Assembly (NCBI GenBank): GCA_964619685.1
Contig: CAZUET010000001.1
Span: 7,719 to 71,718, forward strand
Source of the DNA: an uncultured Christensenellaceae bacterium
Lineage (GTDB): Bacteria > Bacillota > Clostridia > Christensenellales > CAG-1252
DNA: 64,000 nt
Direction of reading: 5' to 3'
The notes beneath the pieces were generated by a model. That model saw only the letters and a list, made by a program, of their open reading frames with translations. It was not told the DNA's origin and searched no databases. The position numbers were made by a program, and so were the translations under genes. Position 1 is the first letter of the stretch, and every line of letters begins with the position of its first letter. Below, piece after piece: positions 55,541 to 63,474 of the stretch.

Positions 55541-58309
55541 TTAATCCTTATACCAATAGTAGTTTTTATATGTCGATTTGAAGTAAGTAGCATTTTTTTT
55601 CGGATCGCTTACATCGACAGGTATACCATCTTGCTTACTTTTAAAATTATCGATTTTTTCTGTTACATACCAGCCATTTGGATCTTCAAATTTTACGCTT
55701 ATGAGATTATTACAATACTCGAAAGCAGAATCACCAATGCTTGTTACGCTATTGGGGATAGTAATACTTGTAAGACCAGTGCAGCCTTCGAATGCAGAAT
55801 CACCGATGCTTGTTACGCTATTGGGGATAGTAATACTTGTAAGACTAGTGCAGCCTTCGAATGCATAATCACCAATTCTAGTTATGCTATTTGGAATTAT
55901 ACTATTTTTGCAACCAAGAATAAGTTTATTAGTATCAGTTTCAATTAGACAATTATCTTTACTATGATATTTTGTATTTTTGGCATCTACTATTATTTTT
56001 TCAAGACCAGTGCAGCCACGGAATGCTTTCCACTCAATACTTGTTACGCTATTAGGAATAGTTATACTTGTGAGACCAGTGCAGTCGCTAAATGCAAAAT
56101 CATCGATGCTTGTTACATAATTGGGGATCTTGCTATTTTTACAGCCTAATATTAATGTGTTAGTTCCTTTTCCAATTACACAGTCATCAATTGCATAAAA
56201 ATAAGGATTCTTTTTGTCAACAATAATACGATATAAACTTTGTAACCTAAACAAAGGAGGCGATGATACGCTCTCAAGTATTTTTATGCTGGTAATATTT
56301 GGGCATATTAAAAAAAGCTCTTCGCTTACTATATGACCTCCCACTCTTTTTTCACTGTCTATAGACAATTCTTTGAGTTTTATACTTACTGATTCGATTA
56401 ATGGAGCGTATGCTAAAGTGTAGTCGCAATGCTCCACGTCACATATTTCATTAAAAAGATAACACTGAATGGGTGATAATGCTCCTTTTTCGTTTTCTGC
56501 GAGTTTACACTGTTTATTGTATATGCTCTCTAATCCGCCCTTAAAATCATATAAAACTGTATAGTAGAATAATTCTTCGTAAGGATTAGTACAATGCTCA
56601 TCTTTAATTTCGTGGGTATCATAATCGTAATTTGTTACGCCCCTTTCTCCCCTTATTAGCATTCCCCTTATCAGAACTTCTTCTGCAAGTGGTTTGTTAT
56701 TTTCAGTATCAATAAATTGTGATACCGCATCGCAAAGAATATCATAATCGGGTTCATCCACCAACGGGACTTTGACCATTTTAAAATTATCGTCAAGACC
56801 TTGCATTGTTTTCAGCATCGTTAGTAACATTTTCAATCTTTCTTCCACGCCTGCTCGTTGCTCGGTAGAGTCGTTAAATTGTCTTTGTGCATTTTGTTCA
56901 AATAGACAAAGCAGAGTCTTAACTACTTCTTTCCAATAGTCGGCTTGTTTATTGATTTCTTTTACAATTTCATTAATTCGATTATTATCACAGATACATT
57001 TATATAAGTAATAGGCACAATAATAGGATGCAAATAACTCATGGCTAAATCCGTTCTCGTCTACTAAGGTATGTTCTTGGAAAAAGTGCTTTAGGGTATC
57101 CTTTTCTTGATGAATATTAATGATTCCTCTCAAAAGGGAGTCAACATCTAACCAGTCGACTGATTTTCCGTCCTTTTTCTGATATATTTTATAAGAGACC
57201 TGTCCTAATACTTCTTTTATTGCAGAAATATCGGTACTGGTATAGGTTTTGCTATTTTCTTTAGCCATATCTCTTTGTATTAATTCCTTGATAACTAAGT
57301 CAAAGAGAACCACTCTGCTTTGTGGAAGATTCTTAGCATTATTCTCGTATACATTTTTAATCAAGCACAATAGAAGAGGATTTCTTGATAGCTTTTTATA
57401 ATTAGGATCTCTTGTTTCAGCATCAAGAATAGCATTATATAATTCGTCATTTTTGAGGAAATCCTTAAGCTTGTCGTCAGCTATTTCATCCAAAATCCAT
57501 TTGCGGATGAGTATATCTTGAGATAAGCGTAATTCATTACTATTACAAATATCAGCTTGTCCTGGTCTGGATGAAAAAATCAAGTATGAATCACTTAAAC
57601 TATCTGCAACTAATGTTTTGAATGCCGTAAAATCATTAGGAGATACTTCGTCTATTGCATCAAAAATATAACATATCTCATATTTCTTAGAAATATAATC
57701 GAAGGAGTCAATATTTACATTTATCGTATTAAAAACTGCTTCTATTATATTACCTGTATCCTTAGATAAATGAGAAACAACATTTTTAATTTCTACATAA
57801 ATTGGAAAGAAAGGCTTGTCTTTTGTTGTTTGATCGTATAAACAGTTACATATCTTCTTTACAAATACCGATTTTCCTTGTCCTGCGTCGCCCACGATAA
57901 GAGCTCGCTTTTCTTTTTTTAATTCGGTAATAAAACCTTCAATTGAACAACTAATAACATAATTGGGAGCCTGTTTATTTTGTTCAAGGGCTTTGTTGTT
58001 TTCTTCGATTTCTTCTAAAGTTAATTGTCGACTTATACCAAAATCCCATGTTTTATCAAGGGTTGTGGTTTTAATAGAAAAACCGTCCGAAATAGTATTG
58101 ATATGGTTGAACTGTTGTTTTAAGAAGTTTTCTACATCTTTCTTTGCGTCCCTTTTTGTCTTCTTGGCAGCTTTACGCTTTTCATTGCGTTTTTTGAAAA
58201 GATTTATAATTAGTGGAATAAGTATAGCTGTAAATATTGCACCAATAACTGTAGTAACTACTTCAGTTGAAAACTTTGACCAATCTATTGCAGATAAAAG
58301 ATTTAGCAT
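55541..58309 (-). CDS. membrane-anchored NACHT-type STAND NTPase with C-terminal BspA-type leucine-rich repeats (NLR-like architecture)
   Basis: ATG 58309 (SD AGGTG), 922 aa. One N-terminal TM helix (about 58196-58264) is followed by a Lys/Arg-rich stretch. Walker A VGDAGQGKS (57869-57895), Walker B ICYIFDAIDEV, then IFSSRPG: the NACHT order. A long helical middle follows. The C-terminus has at least 6 units of type IPNSVTSIGDSAFEGCTGLTSITI (about 55676-56250). Confidence 0.85.
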   Translation of the reverse strand: MLNLLSAIDWSKFSTEVVTTVIGAIFTAILIPLIINLFKKRNEKRKAAKKTKRDAKKDVENFLKQQFNHINTISDGFSIKTTTLDKTWDFGISRQLTLEEIEENNKALEQNKQAPNYVISCSIEGFITELKKEKRALIVGDAGQGKSVFVKKICNCLYDQTTKDKPFFPIYVEIKNVVSHLSKDTGNIIEAVFNTINVNIDSFDYISKKYEICYIFDAIDEVSPNDFTAFKTLVADSLSDSYLIFSSRPGQADICNSNELRLSQDILIRKWILDEIADDKLKDFLKNDELYNAILDAETRDPNYKKLSRNPLLLCLIKNVYENNAKNLPQSRVVLFDLVIKELIQRDMAKENSKTYTSTDISAIKEVLGQVSYKIYQKKDGKSVDWLDVDSLLRGIINIHQEKDTLKHFFQEHTLVDENGFSHELFASYYCAYYLYKCICDNNRINEIVKEINKQADYWKEVVKTLLCLFEQNAQRQFNDSTEQRAGVEERLKMLLTMLKTMQGLDDNFKMVKVPLVDEPDYDILCDAVSQFIDTENNKPLAEEVLIRGMLIRGERGVTNYDYDTHEIKDEHCTNPYEELFYYTVLYDFKGGLESIYNKQCKLAENEKGALSPIQCYLFNEICDVEHCDYTLAYAPLIESVSIKLKELSIDSEKRVGGHIVSEELFLICPNITSIKILESVSSPPLFRLQSLYRIIVDKKNPYFYAIDDCVIGKGTNTLILGCKNSKIPNYVTSIDDFAFSDCTGLTSITIPNSVTSIEWKAFRGCTGLEKIIVDAKNTKYHSKDNCLIETDTNKLILGCKNSIIPNSITRIGDYAFEGCTSLTSITIPNSVTSIGDSAFEGCTGLTSITIPNSVTSIGDSAFEYCNNLISVKFEDPNGWYVTEKIDNFKSKQDGIPVDVSDPKKNATYFKSTYKNYYWYKD
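55725..55862 (-). repeat. two tandem 69-bp units (67/69 identical) encoding adjacent LRR units
   Basis: Units 55725-55793 and 55794-55862 differ at two positions. A diverged third unit follows at 55863-55931. Confidence 0.85.
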
Positions 58310-58358
58310 TAACAACACCTCTTGCTTTTGTAAATTGTAGATTTTTGTCTACTTTTTT

Positions 58359-58388
58359 ATAATATCATAGTTATAATAATAAAGTCAA
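58359..58388 (-). promoter_or_regulatory. candidate promoter of the NACHT-LRR gene
   Basis: Minus strand TTGACT (58383-58388), 18 nt, TATTAT (58359-58364). The 5' UTR contains the hairpin GTAGA-caaaaa-TCTAC. Confidence 0.5.
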
Positions 58389-58439
58389 TATGCATTACAA
58401 AAAAGTCGATATTAAATTCCTTAAACCTCTATAGAAAAA

Positions 58440-58547
58440 GCGGATACAATACCAACTATTGTTAAAGTCCGCAAGATACCAAACGCCTACGACGTTTGAT
58501 CCCCATTGCATTCGGATTTCGACTGACGCTCAGTATGACAGCGGACA
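58440..58547 (-). repeat. modular intergenic repeat, copy D (inverted orientation)
   Basis: The plus strand reads GTCCGCAAGATACCAAACG ... CTCAGTATGACAGCGGACA. This is the reverse complement of the right-module...left-module order seen in the other copies. Confidence 0.7.
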
Positions 58548-58614
58548 ATATTATGTCATATATAAGGTCCATTTTTTTTAATGAAGCACTCACCTACGCT
58601 ACGCTTCATAGGAC

Positions 58615-58820
58615 AATGTCCTGTCATACTAACCATTAGAATGATGGAACTGTTATTCGTCCGCCGTCATACTAACGTCCGTCCTGTCATACTGAGCGGA
58701 GCGTAAGCGAAGTCGAACTGCAACGCAGTGCAAGGCAGAGTCTTGCAGTATCTTGGACGGAAGTGTCACAGCCGTTTGGTATCTTGCGGACGAAAATGTA
58801 TTGCGGTATGATGGCGGACG
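58615..58820 (+). repeat. modular intergenic repeat, copy E (extended, with extra terminal inverted module)
   Basis: ATGTCCTGTCATACTAACC; CGTCCGCCGTCATACTAA; CGTCCGTCCTGTCATACTGAG; CGGAGCGTAAGCGAAGTCGAACTGC-aac-GCAGTGCAAG-gcagagt-CTTGC; AGTATCTTGGACGG; GTTTGGTATCTTGCGGACG; GGTATGATGGCGGACG. Confidence 0.8.
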
Positions 58821-58970
58821 ATAACTATTATCCACATTGATGCTAACCTTCGCGAAGCATTAAATAATCTATAACGATATTCGTAACTTAATATGCTAAT
58901 TATCTAAAATAATAGTTTTACATATTTAAATCATTATTGACACTTTATTTCTTTTGAAGTACAATTATAA

Positions 58971-59144
58971 AGAGATTATAAAGAGTATTTTACGTATGAT
59001 ACGCTAAGCGCAATCTATGTCGATAGAGAAACAGGCATAAACTACTTAATAGTAAGAGCAAGCTATGGTGTTGCTATGACGCCTCTTCTTGATTCAGACG
59101 GTAAGCCAATAATTACAAACACAAATAATTTAGAGGAGATTTAA
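58971..59144 (+). pseudogene. possible 5'-truncated remnant of a small conserved protein
   Basis: This frame has no usable start codon and encodes ...SAIYVDRETGINYLIVRASYGVAMTPLLDSDGKPIITNTNNLEEI*. It resembles short proteins with a VDKETGVNYL...GLTPLLDKDGKP motif (I believe DUF6440, from memory). An 11-bp tandem duplication ATTATAAAGAG x2 lies at 58964-58985. Confidence 0.3.
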
Positions 59145-59606
59145 ATGGAAAACTTAATAAGAATAATAAGACTAACGGACGAGCCTAATCGTAAAGAGCA
59201 GATGGCTCAATGGTTTAGTCAAAAATGGGGAATACCGCTATCCGCATATTTGGAAAGCATGGAAGAAGGATTATCAAGCGACAATGCATATCCCGAATGG
59301 TATGTAGCGCTATGCGGTGATAGGATCGTTGGCGGATTAGGCGTTATCGAAAATGATTTTCACGAGCGTAAAGATTTAAAGCCTAATGTATGTGCGGTAT
59401 ATGTCGAAGAAGATATGAGATGTATAGGAATTGCCGGTCGACTTCTCAACTTCGTTTGCGATGATATGCATAAGCGTGGGCTTGATACGCTATATCTTTT
59501 GACCGATCATATCGGCTTTTACGAACGCTATGACTGGGAGTTTTTATGCCTTGTACATGGCGACGGAGAAGAAGAGCCTTCCCGTATGTATGTACATAAA
59601 AGATAA
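59145..59606 (+). CDS. GNAT-family N-acetyltransferase
   Basis: 153 aa; SD GAGGAG. Acetyl-CoA-binding region VYVEEDMRCIGIAGRLLNFVCDDMHKRG. Confidence 0.85.
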   Translation: MENLIRIIRLTDEPNRKEQMAQWFSQKWGIPLSAYLESMEEGLSSDNAYPEWYVALCGDRIVGGLGVIENDFHERKDLKPNVCAVYVEEDMRCIGIAGRLLNFVCDDMHKRGLDTLYLLTDHIGFYERYDWEFLCLVHGDGEEEPSRMYVHKR

Positions 59607-59625
59607 TTTTCAATCAAGGTAATAA

Positions 59626-59653
59626 ATGTCGAGATAAATTCTCGGCATTTTTT
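59626..59653 (+). terminator. intrinsic terminator after the GNAT gene
   Basis: ATGTCGAG (59626-59633) / CTCGGCAT (59641-59648) with one G-U pair, then a T-run. Confidence 0.55.
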
Positions 59654-59870
59654 AAAAGTTTAGGCTAAATCGCTTTTTAGCATTGACAAGATTAGCGAAA
59701 ATATAATAAAATCAAAATGCAACATTTATTGCAAGAAACAACGGCGGAAAAATGGTAATAATAACCAAATTTCCAATTTACAAAGTATTCCGTACAACAG
59801 GATTACTTGTTGATAGTATAGAAATTTAAGGAATAGTCAAAAAAACATTAAAGAGTATAATTGTTGATCT

Positions 59871-61133
59871 ATGGCTAAAGAGCGTATTTATTTATGTATA
59901 GATATGAAATGCTTCTTCGCATCGGTGGAGTGCGCGTTAAGAGGCTTAAACCCCTTTGAAACCAATCTTGTCGTAGCCGACGAGTCAAGAGGTAAGGGGG
60001 CGATTTGTCTTGCCATAAGTCCAAAAATGAAGTCACTTGGGGTTAGAAATAGATGTAGATTGTTTGAAATACCCGAAAATATAGAATACATCATTGCAAA
60101 ACCTCAAATGCAAAAATATATCGAATTTGCCGCCGATATTTATTCATGCTATCTTGACTATATATCAAAGGACGATATTCATGTATATTCGATTGATGAA
60201 AGCTTTTTAGATGTCACCGATTATTTAAAGCTCTATAATAAAACACCGATTGAAATGGCGAAACTGTTGATAAACGAGATAGCCGTTAGAACGCATATAC
60301 CGGCGACTTGTGGTATAGGAACCAACCTTTATCTTGCGAAAATTGCACTTGATATTACCGCAAAAAAATCGTCGGAGCATATTGGTTATCTTGATGAAGA
60401 TAAATACAAAGCGGAGTTGTGGAATCATAAGCCGTTAAGCGATTTTTGGCAAATATCAACAGGAACGGTAAAAAGACTTTCAAGAATGGGCATATTTACA
60501 ATGAAGGCTATTGCCGAATGCCCCGAGGAATTATTGTATAAGGTGTTTGGCATTAATGCAGAACTATTGATAGACCATTCAAAGGGAAAAGAAAGCTGTA
60601 CTATTGCCGATATAAAAGCATATAAGAGTAAGGATAAGTCAGTATCATTTTCACAGATACTGTTTGAGGATTATCCGTTTGATAAGGCAAGGCTCGTTAT
60701 TAAGGAAATGGTTCTTAATGGGTGTGAAGAGTTATCACGCCGTCACTTATCGGCAAACGGTGTTTTTATGAGCGTAGGCTACTCAAAGGATTGTTTTGAA
60801 CCGACAGGCGGAAGTCAAAAACTCACAGTTACAACCAACTTATTTTCAAAAATTTTACCATCGTTTCTCGAAATTTTCGACCAAACCACCGCACCGAACC
60901 TTCCTATTCGCCGTTTGGCTATTGGTTTTACATCGTTATGTGATTCGGATTGTGAGGGGTATGATCTTTTTACTGACTTCAATGCAGTAGAAAAGGAACG
61001 CCTATCTACATCGGCGACACTTGATATAAAGGATAAATTCGGTAAAAATGCAATAGTTAGAGCTATGGACTTAGAGGATGGTGCAACCGCTATGATAAGA
61101 AATAAGCTTATTGGCGGTCACAATAAGGAGTAA
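59871..61133 (+). CDS. Y-family DNA polymerase (UvrX/PolY2/ImpB-like)
   Basis: 420 aa; IYLCIDMKCFFASVEC, SIDESFLDVT, CGIGTNLYLAKIA. No SD. TATAAT at 59855-59860 lies only 10 nt upstream of the ATG, so the mRNA may be nearly leaderless. Confidence 0.9.
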   Translation: MAKERIYLCIDMKCFFASVECALRGLNPFETNLVVADESRGKGAICLAISPKMKSLGVRNRCRLFEIPENIEYIIAKPQMQKYIEFAADIYSCYLDYISKDDIHVYSIDESFLDVTDYLKLYNKTPIEMAKLLINEIAVRTHIPATCGIGTNLYLAKIALDITAKKSSEHIGYLDEDKYKAELWNHKPLSDFWQISTGTVKRLSRMGIFTMKAIAECPEELLYKVFGINAELLIDHSKGKESCTIADIKAYKSKDKSVSFSQILFEDYPFDKARLVIKEMVLNGCEELSRRHLSANGVFMSVGYSKDCFEPTGGSQKLTVTTNLFSKILPSFLEIFDQTTAPNLPIRRLAIGFTSLCDSDCEGYDLFTDFNAVEKERLSTSATLDIKDKFGKNAIVRAMDLEDGATAMIRNKLIGGHNKE

Positions 61134-61135
61134 AT

Positions 61136-61462
61136 ATGGATAAAAAAATAAATAGAGCTGCACAATTTATGCCATTTGATGCACTTAAAGGATTGCAAGA
61201 AGAGTTAAGAAAAAGAGAAGAATTGCATTCCCGTGCCGAAAAACGAGTGATGGATGAGGAAGCACTTAACGAGATTTCTGTAATGCTTAATCGAATTCGT
61301 AAAGGTGATCATGTTTCCGTTGAGTTCTTTTATAATGGACATAGCCTAAAAACATATGGTGATGTTGTGGATAAAAAGATAACCGAAAAAATATTGGTTC
61401 TTGATAATGCTTCTATTCATTTCGAAGACATATATAAGATTACTATTTGTCCGCTATCATAG
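61136..61462 (+). CDS. YolD-like protein (usual partner of UvrX-type polymerases)
   Basis: 108 aa; SD AAGGAG; RAAQFMPFDALKGLQEEL motif. The last codons and the stop lie inside the first module of repeat copy F. Confidence 0.7.
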   Translation: MDKKINRAAQFMPFDALKGLQEELRKREELHSRAEKRVMDEEALNEISVMLNRIRKGDHVSVEFFYNGHSLKTYGDVVDKKITEKILVLDNASIHFEDIYKITICPLS

Positions 61463-61692
61463 TTATCCCTATCCGCTGTCATAGTGAACTTGTTTCCGTC
61501 TTGTCTTACTGGGAATAGAATCTCGTCCGCCGTCATATTGACTTCCGTCCTGTCATACTGAGTGTAGTCGAAATTTGAGCGTAGCGAGAATCAAATTGTG
61601 CAACAATTTGGTATCTTGCGGACGAACGAATGGATGGAAGGTCTTTTAGTATCTTGGACGGGAACGATGCGCCGATTGGTATCTTGGGGACT
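61448..61692 (+). repeat. modular intergenic repeat, copy F (expanded: about 5 left and 3 right modules, variant core)
   Basis: TGTCCGCTATCATAG; ATCCGCTGTCATAGTG; TTTCCGTCTTGTCTTACTGG; CGTCCGCCGTCATATTGA; TTCCGTCCTGTCATACTGAG; core hairpin AATTTGA...TCAAATT; TTTGGTATCTTGCGGACG; TAGTATCTTGGACGGG; TTGGTATCTTGGGGAC. Confidence 0.8.
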
Positions 61693-61716
61693 AAAGTTCG
61701 TACAAATAAATTAAAT

Positions 61717-61747
61717 AAAAAAGCAAGCCGTTTAGGCTTGCTTTTTG
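61717..61747. terminator. bidirectional terminator overlapping the yitT stop codon
   Basis: AAAAAAGCAAGCC-gttta-GGCTTGCTTTTT. Confidence 0.7.
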
Positions 61748-62703
61748 CTGTCATTTTCTTTAAAACCTTTACCGTATATTTCGGTTGCTTGTGTTACGAT
61801 AAAGAATGCACCGGAATCCTCGTCCTTGACGATTTCCTTAAGCTTAGGATAGAGGTGCTTTTTAATCGCTACCATCAATACGTCCTTATGCACATGAGTA
61901 TATCCGCCGTTACCCGATAATACGGTAACACCTGCATCTAAATCCTTAAGAATACGCTCTTGTATAGCTTCCTTTTTATCGCTGATAATATAGAACATTT
62001 TGGCAGAGTCAAAGCCGAATACTACTTTATCATAAATGATATTCGATATGATAAGCGTTAGCGTGGTATAGAATCCTATTTCTACATTCTTATTCAATAT
62101 GGTATGGATGACAACTAATAATGCATCGAATGCCAAAAAGATATTGCCTGCAGTAAAGTTTGGATGTTTAATTCTGATCATCTTAGCAACCACATCGATA
62201 CCGCCCGTATTTGAGCCAACTCTATATACAACGGCTCTACCAAAGCCTGTGAGCAATCCACCGCATAGACAAGCCATAACTGCATCCTTAGCATTCGTTA
62301 ATACCTGTGTAGTGCCCTCTGCTGTAACAACCTCTATATACATATCATTAAATAGATGTACGTTGAATTCGCTGAATATGTAATTGAAAAGGGTCATTGA
62401 TCCTGAAAGTGAAAGTGTTCCCAAAATAGTCAAAAACATATATTTTTTGCCGAATATGACCCAACCGAGAATGATTACAGGAATATTCAAAATAAATGTC
62501 CAAACACCTGCATCGAGTCCGATAGGTATGCTTTCAAGCAATAACGCAGTACCTGCAAAACCGCCTGTTAAAAGGTTTTGATCCTTGATAAAAAGTGTGA
62601 CACCTAAGCCATATATTGCAGCACCGATAATGACTGCAAGTATTCTAAATGTCCATTCAAAAGTCTTATTCTGTTTTAGTTTGGCAAAATCTTCTTTTTT
62701 CAT
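61732..62703 (-). CDS. YitT-family membrane protein with C-terminal DUF2179 domain
   Basis: I prefer ATG 62703 (MKKEDFAKL...). YitT TM repeats (GGFAGTALLL, TGGIDVVA) and a DUF2179-like tail GVTVLSGNGGYT...V. The DUF number is from memory. Confidence 0.85.
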   Translation of the reverse strand: MKKEDFAKLKQNKTFEWTFRILAVIIGAAIYGLGVTLFIKDQNLLTGGFAGTALLLESIPIGLDAGVWTFILNIPVIILGWVIFGKKYMFLTILGTLSLSGSMTLFNYIFSEFNVHLFNDMYIEVVTAEGTTQVLTNAKDAVMACLCGGLLTGFGRAVVYRVGSNTGGIDVVAKMIRIKHPNFTAGNIFLAFDALLVVIHTILNKNVEIGFYTTLTLIISNIIYDKVVFGFDSAKMFYIISDKKEAIQERILKDLDAGVTVLSGNGGYTHVHKDVLMVAIKKHLYPKLKEIVKDEDSGAFFIVTQATEIYGKGFKENDSKKQA

Positions 62704-62751
62704 TTTAATATAAACCACTCTTCTTTGGTTATCAGATCATGTTAGTGCCGT

Positions 62752-63240
62752 TTAGTCATCACGGCCTGTTAAATGTCCTATATCGCTGAGCCCATCGAAG
62801 CCTAATTGACGCAAACCCTCGTATAAAACGATTGCCACTGAGTTAGATAGGTTCAATGAACGCAAGGTTGGGAGCATGGGAATTCGCAAGGTATCTTTAT
62901 AATTCGCTTCGAGAAGCGGTTCCGGAAGCCCGTGTGTTTCTCTACCGAATAGCAAATAGTCATCCTTACCATACGACACATCGGTATACGAATGGTCTGC
63001 CTTGGTGGATAAAAACCAATACTTACCGCCAGTAGTTTTGGTAAAGAATTCATCTAAATTCTCATATACTCTAATATCTACCTTATCCCAATAATCCAGA
63101 CCTGCTCTCTTTACAGCCTTTTCAGAAATGTCAAAGCCTAAGGGCTTGACTAAATGCAAGGTTGAACCGGTAGCGGCACAGGTTCTTGCTATATTGCCCG
63201 TGTTTTGCGGGATCTCGGGATACACTAATACTATATTCAT
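62752..63240 (-). CDS. trmL: tRNA (cytidine/uridine-2'-O)-methyltransferase TrmL (SpoU family)
   Basis: ATG 63240 gives MNIVLVYPEIPQNTGNIARTCAATG, collinear with the TrmL N-terminus. SPOUT knot region LNLSNSVAIVLYE. Confidence 0.9.
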   Translation of the reverse strand: MNIVLVYPEIPQNTGNIARTCAATGSTLHLVKPLGFDISEKAVKRAGLDYWDKVDIRVYENLDEFFTKTTGGKYWFLSTKADHSYTDVSYGKDDYLLFGRETHGLPEPLLEANYKDTLRIPMLPTLRSLNLSNSVAIVLYEGLRQLGFDGLSDIGHLTGRDD

Positions 63241-63474
63241 AAGCACATTATATATCATCCCAAATATTTTTGCAACAATTAATTAATAAGTATTTAATAA
63301 TTATTTTTTATACTTTTCGCAATGAATTATATTGTAAAATTAATATTAACAAAAAATTAGACTCTATTATGCTAATGCAAAGTTTTTTTTTGAATACGGA
63401 CTAACATTCTTTTCGTTTAACAAGACAGAAAACATGACACAACCAATTTGAATAACACATAAACACGAGTATAT

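Noticed and set aside
55529-56149. Plus-strand ORFs 55529-55948 and 55964-56149, with repetitive Cys/Ala-rich products
   Set aside because: They are antisense shadows of the LRR-coding repeats of the 922-aa minus-strand gene. Their periodicity simply mirrors the LRR units.
58653-58835. Short ORFs lying inside repeat copies (58653-58835, 61533-61754, 61630-61920, 13404-13616, 51001-51204)
   Set aside because: They have no SD. They coincide with the modular repeat, whose similarity is at the nucleotide and structure level and occurs in both orientations. They are translation artefacts of the repeats.
59607-59870. LexA/SOS (Cheo) box upstream of the Y-family polymerase
   Set aside because: I scanned the 264-bp upstream region and found no GAAC-N4-GTTC or close variant. 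I saw only weak repeats (CAACA...TGTTG, TGCAA...TTGCA), which I cannot tie to a regulator.
13534-61692. Idea that the modular repeats are integron attC sites marking gene cassettes
   Set aside because: There is no intI-like integrase and no GTTRRRY / RYYYAAC core sites at the ends. Copies occur in both orientations, between convergent genes and in promoter regions, and flanking genes are housekeeping and have their own promoters.
58440-61692. Idea that the ~18-nt modules form a CRISPR array
   Set aside because: The modules are degenerate and irregularly spaced, with no unique spacers of constant length. Left and right modules are reverse-complementary to one another, and no cas genes or leader are present.
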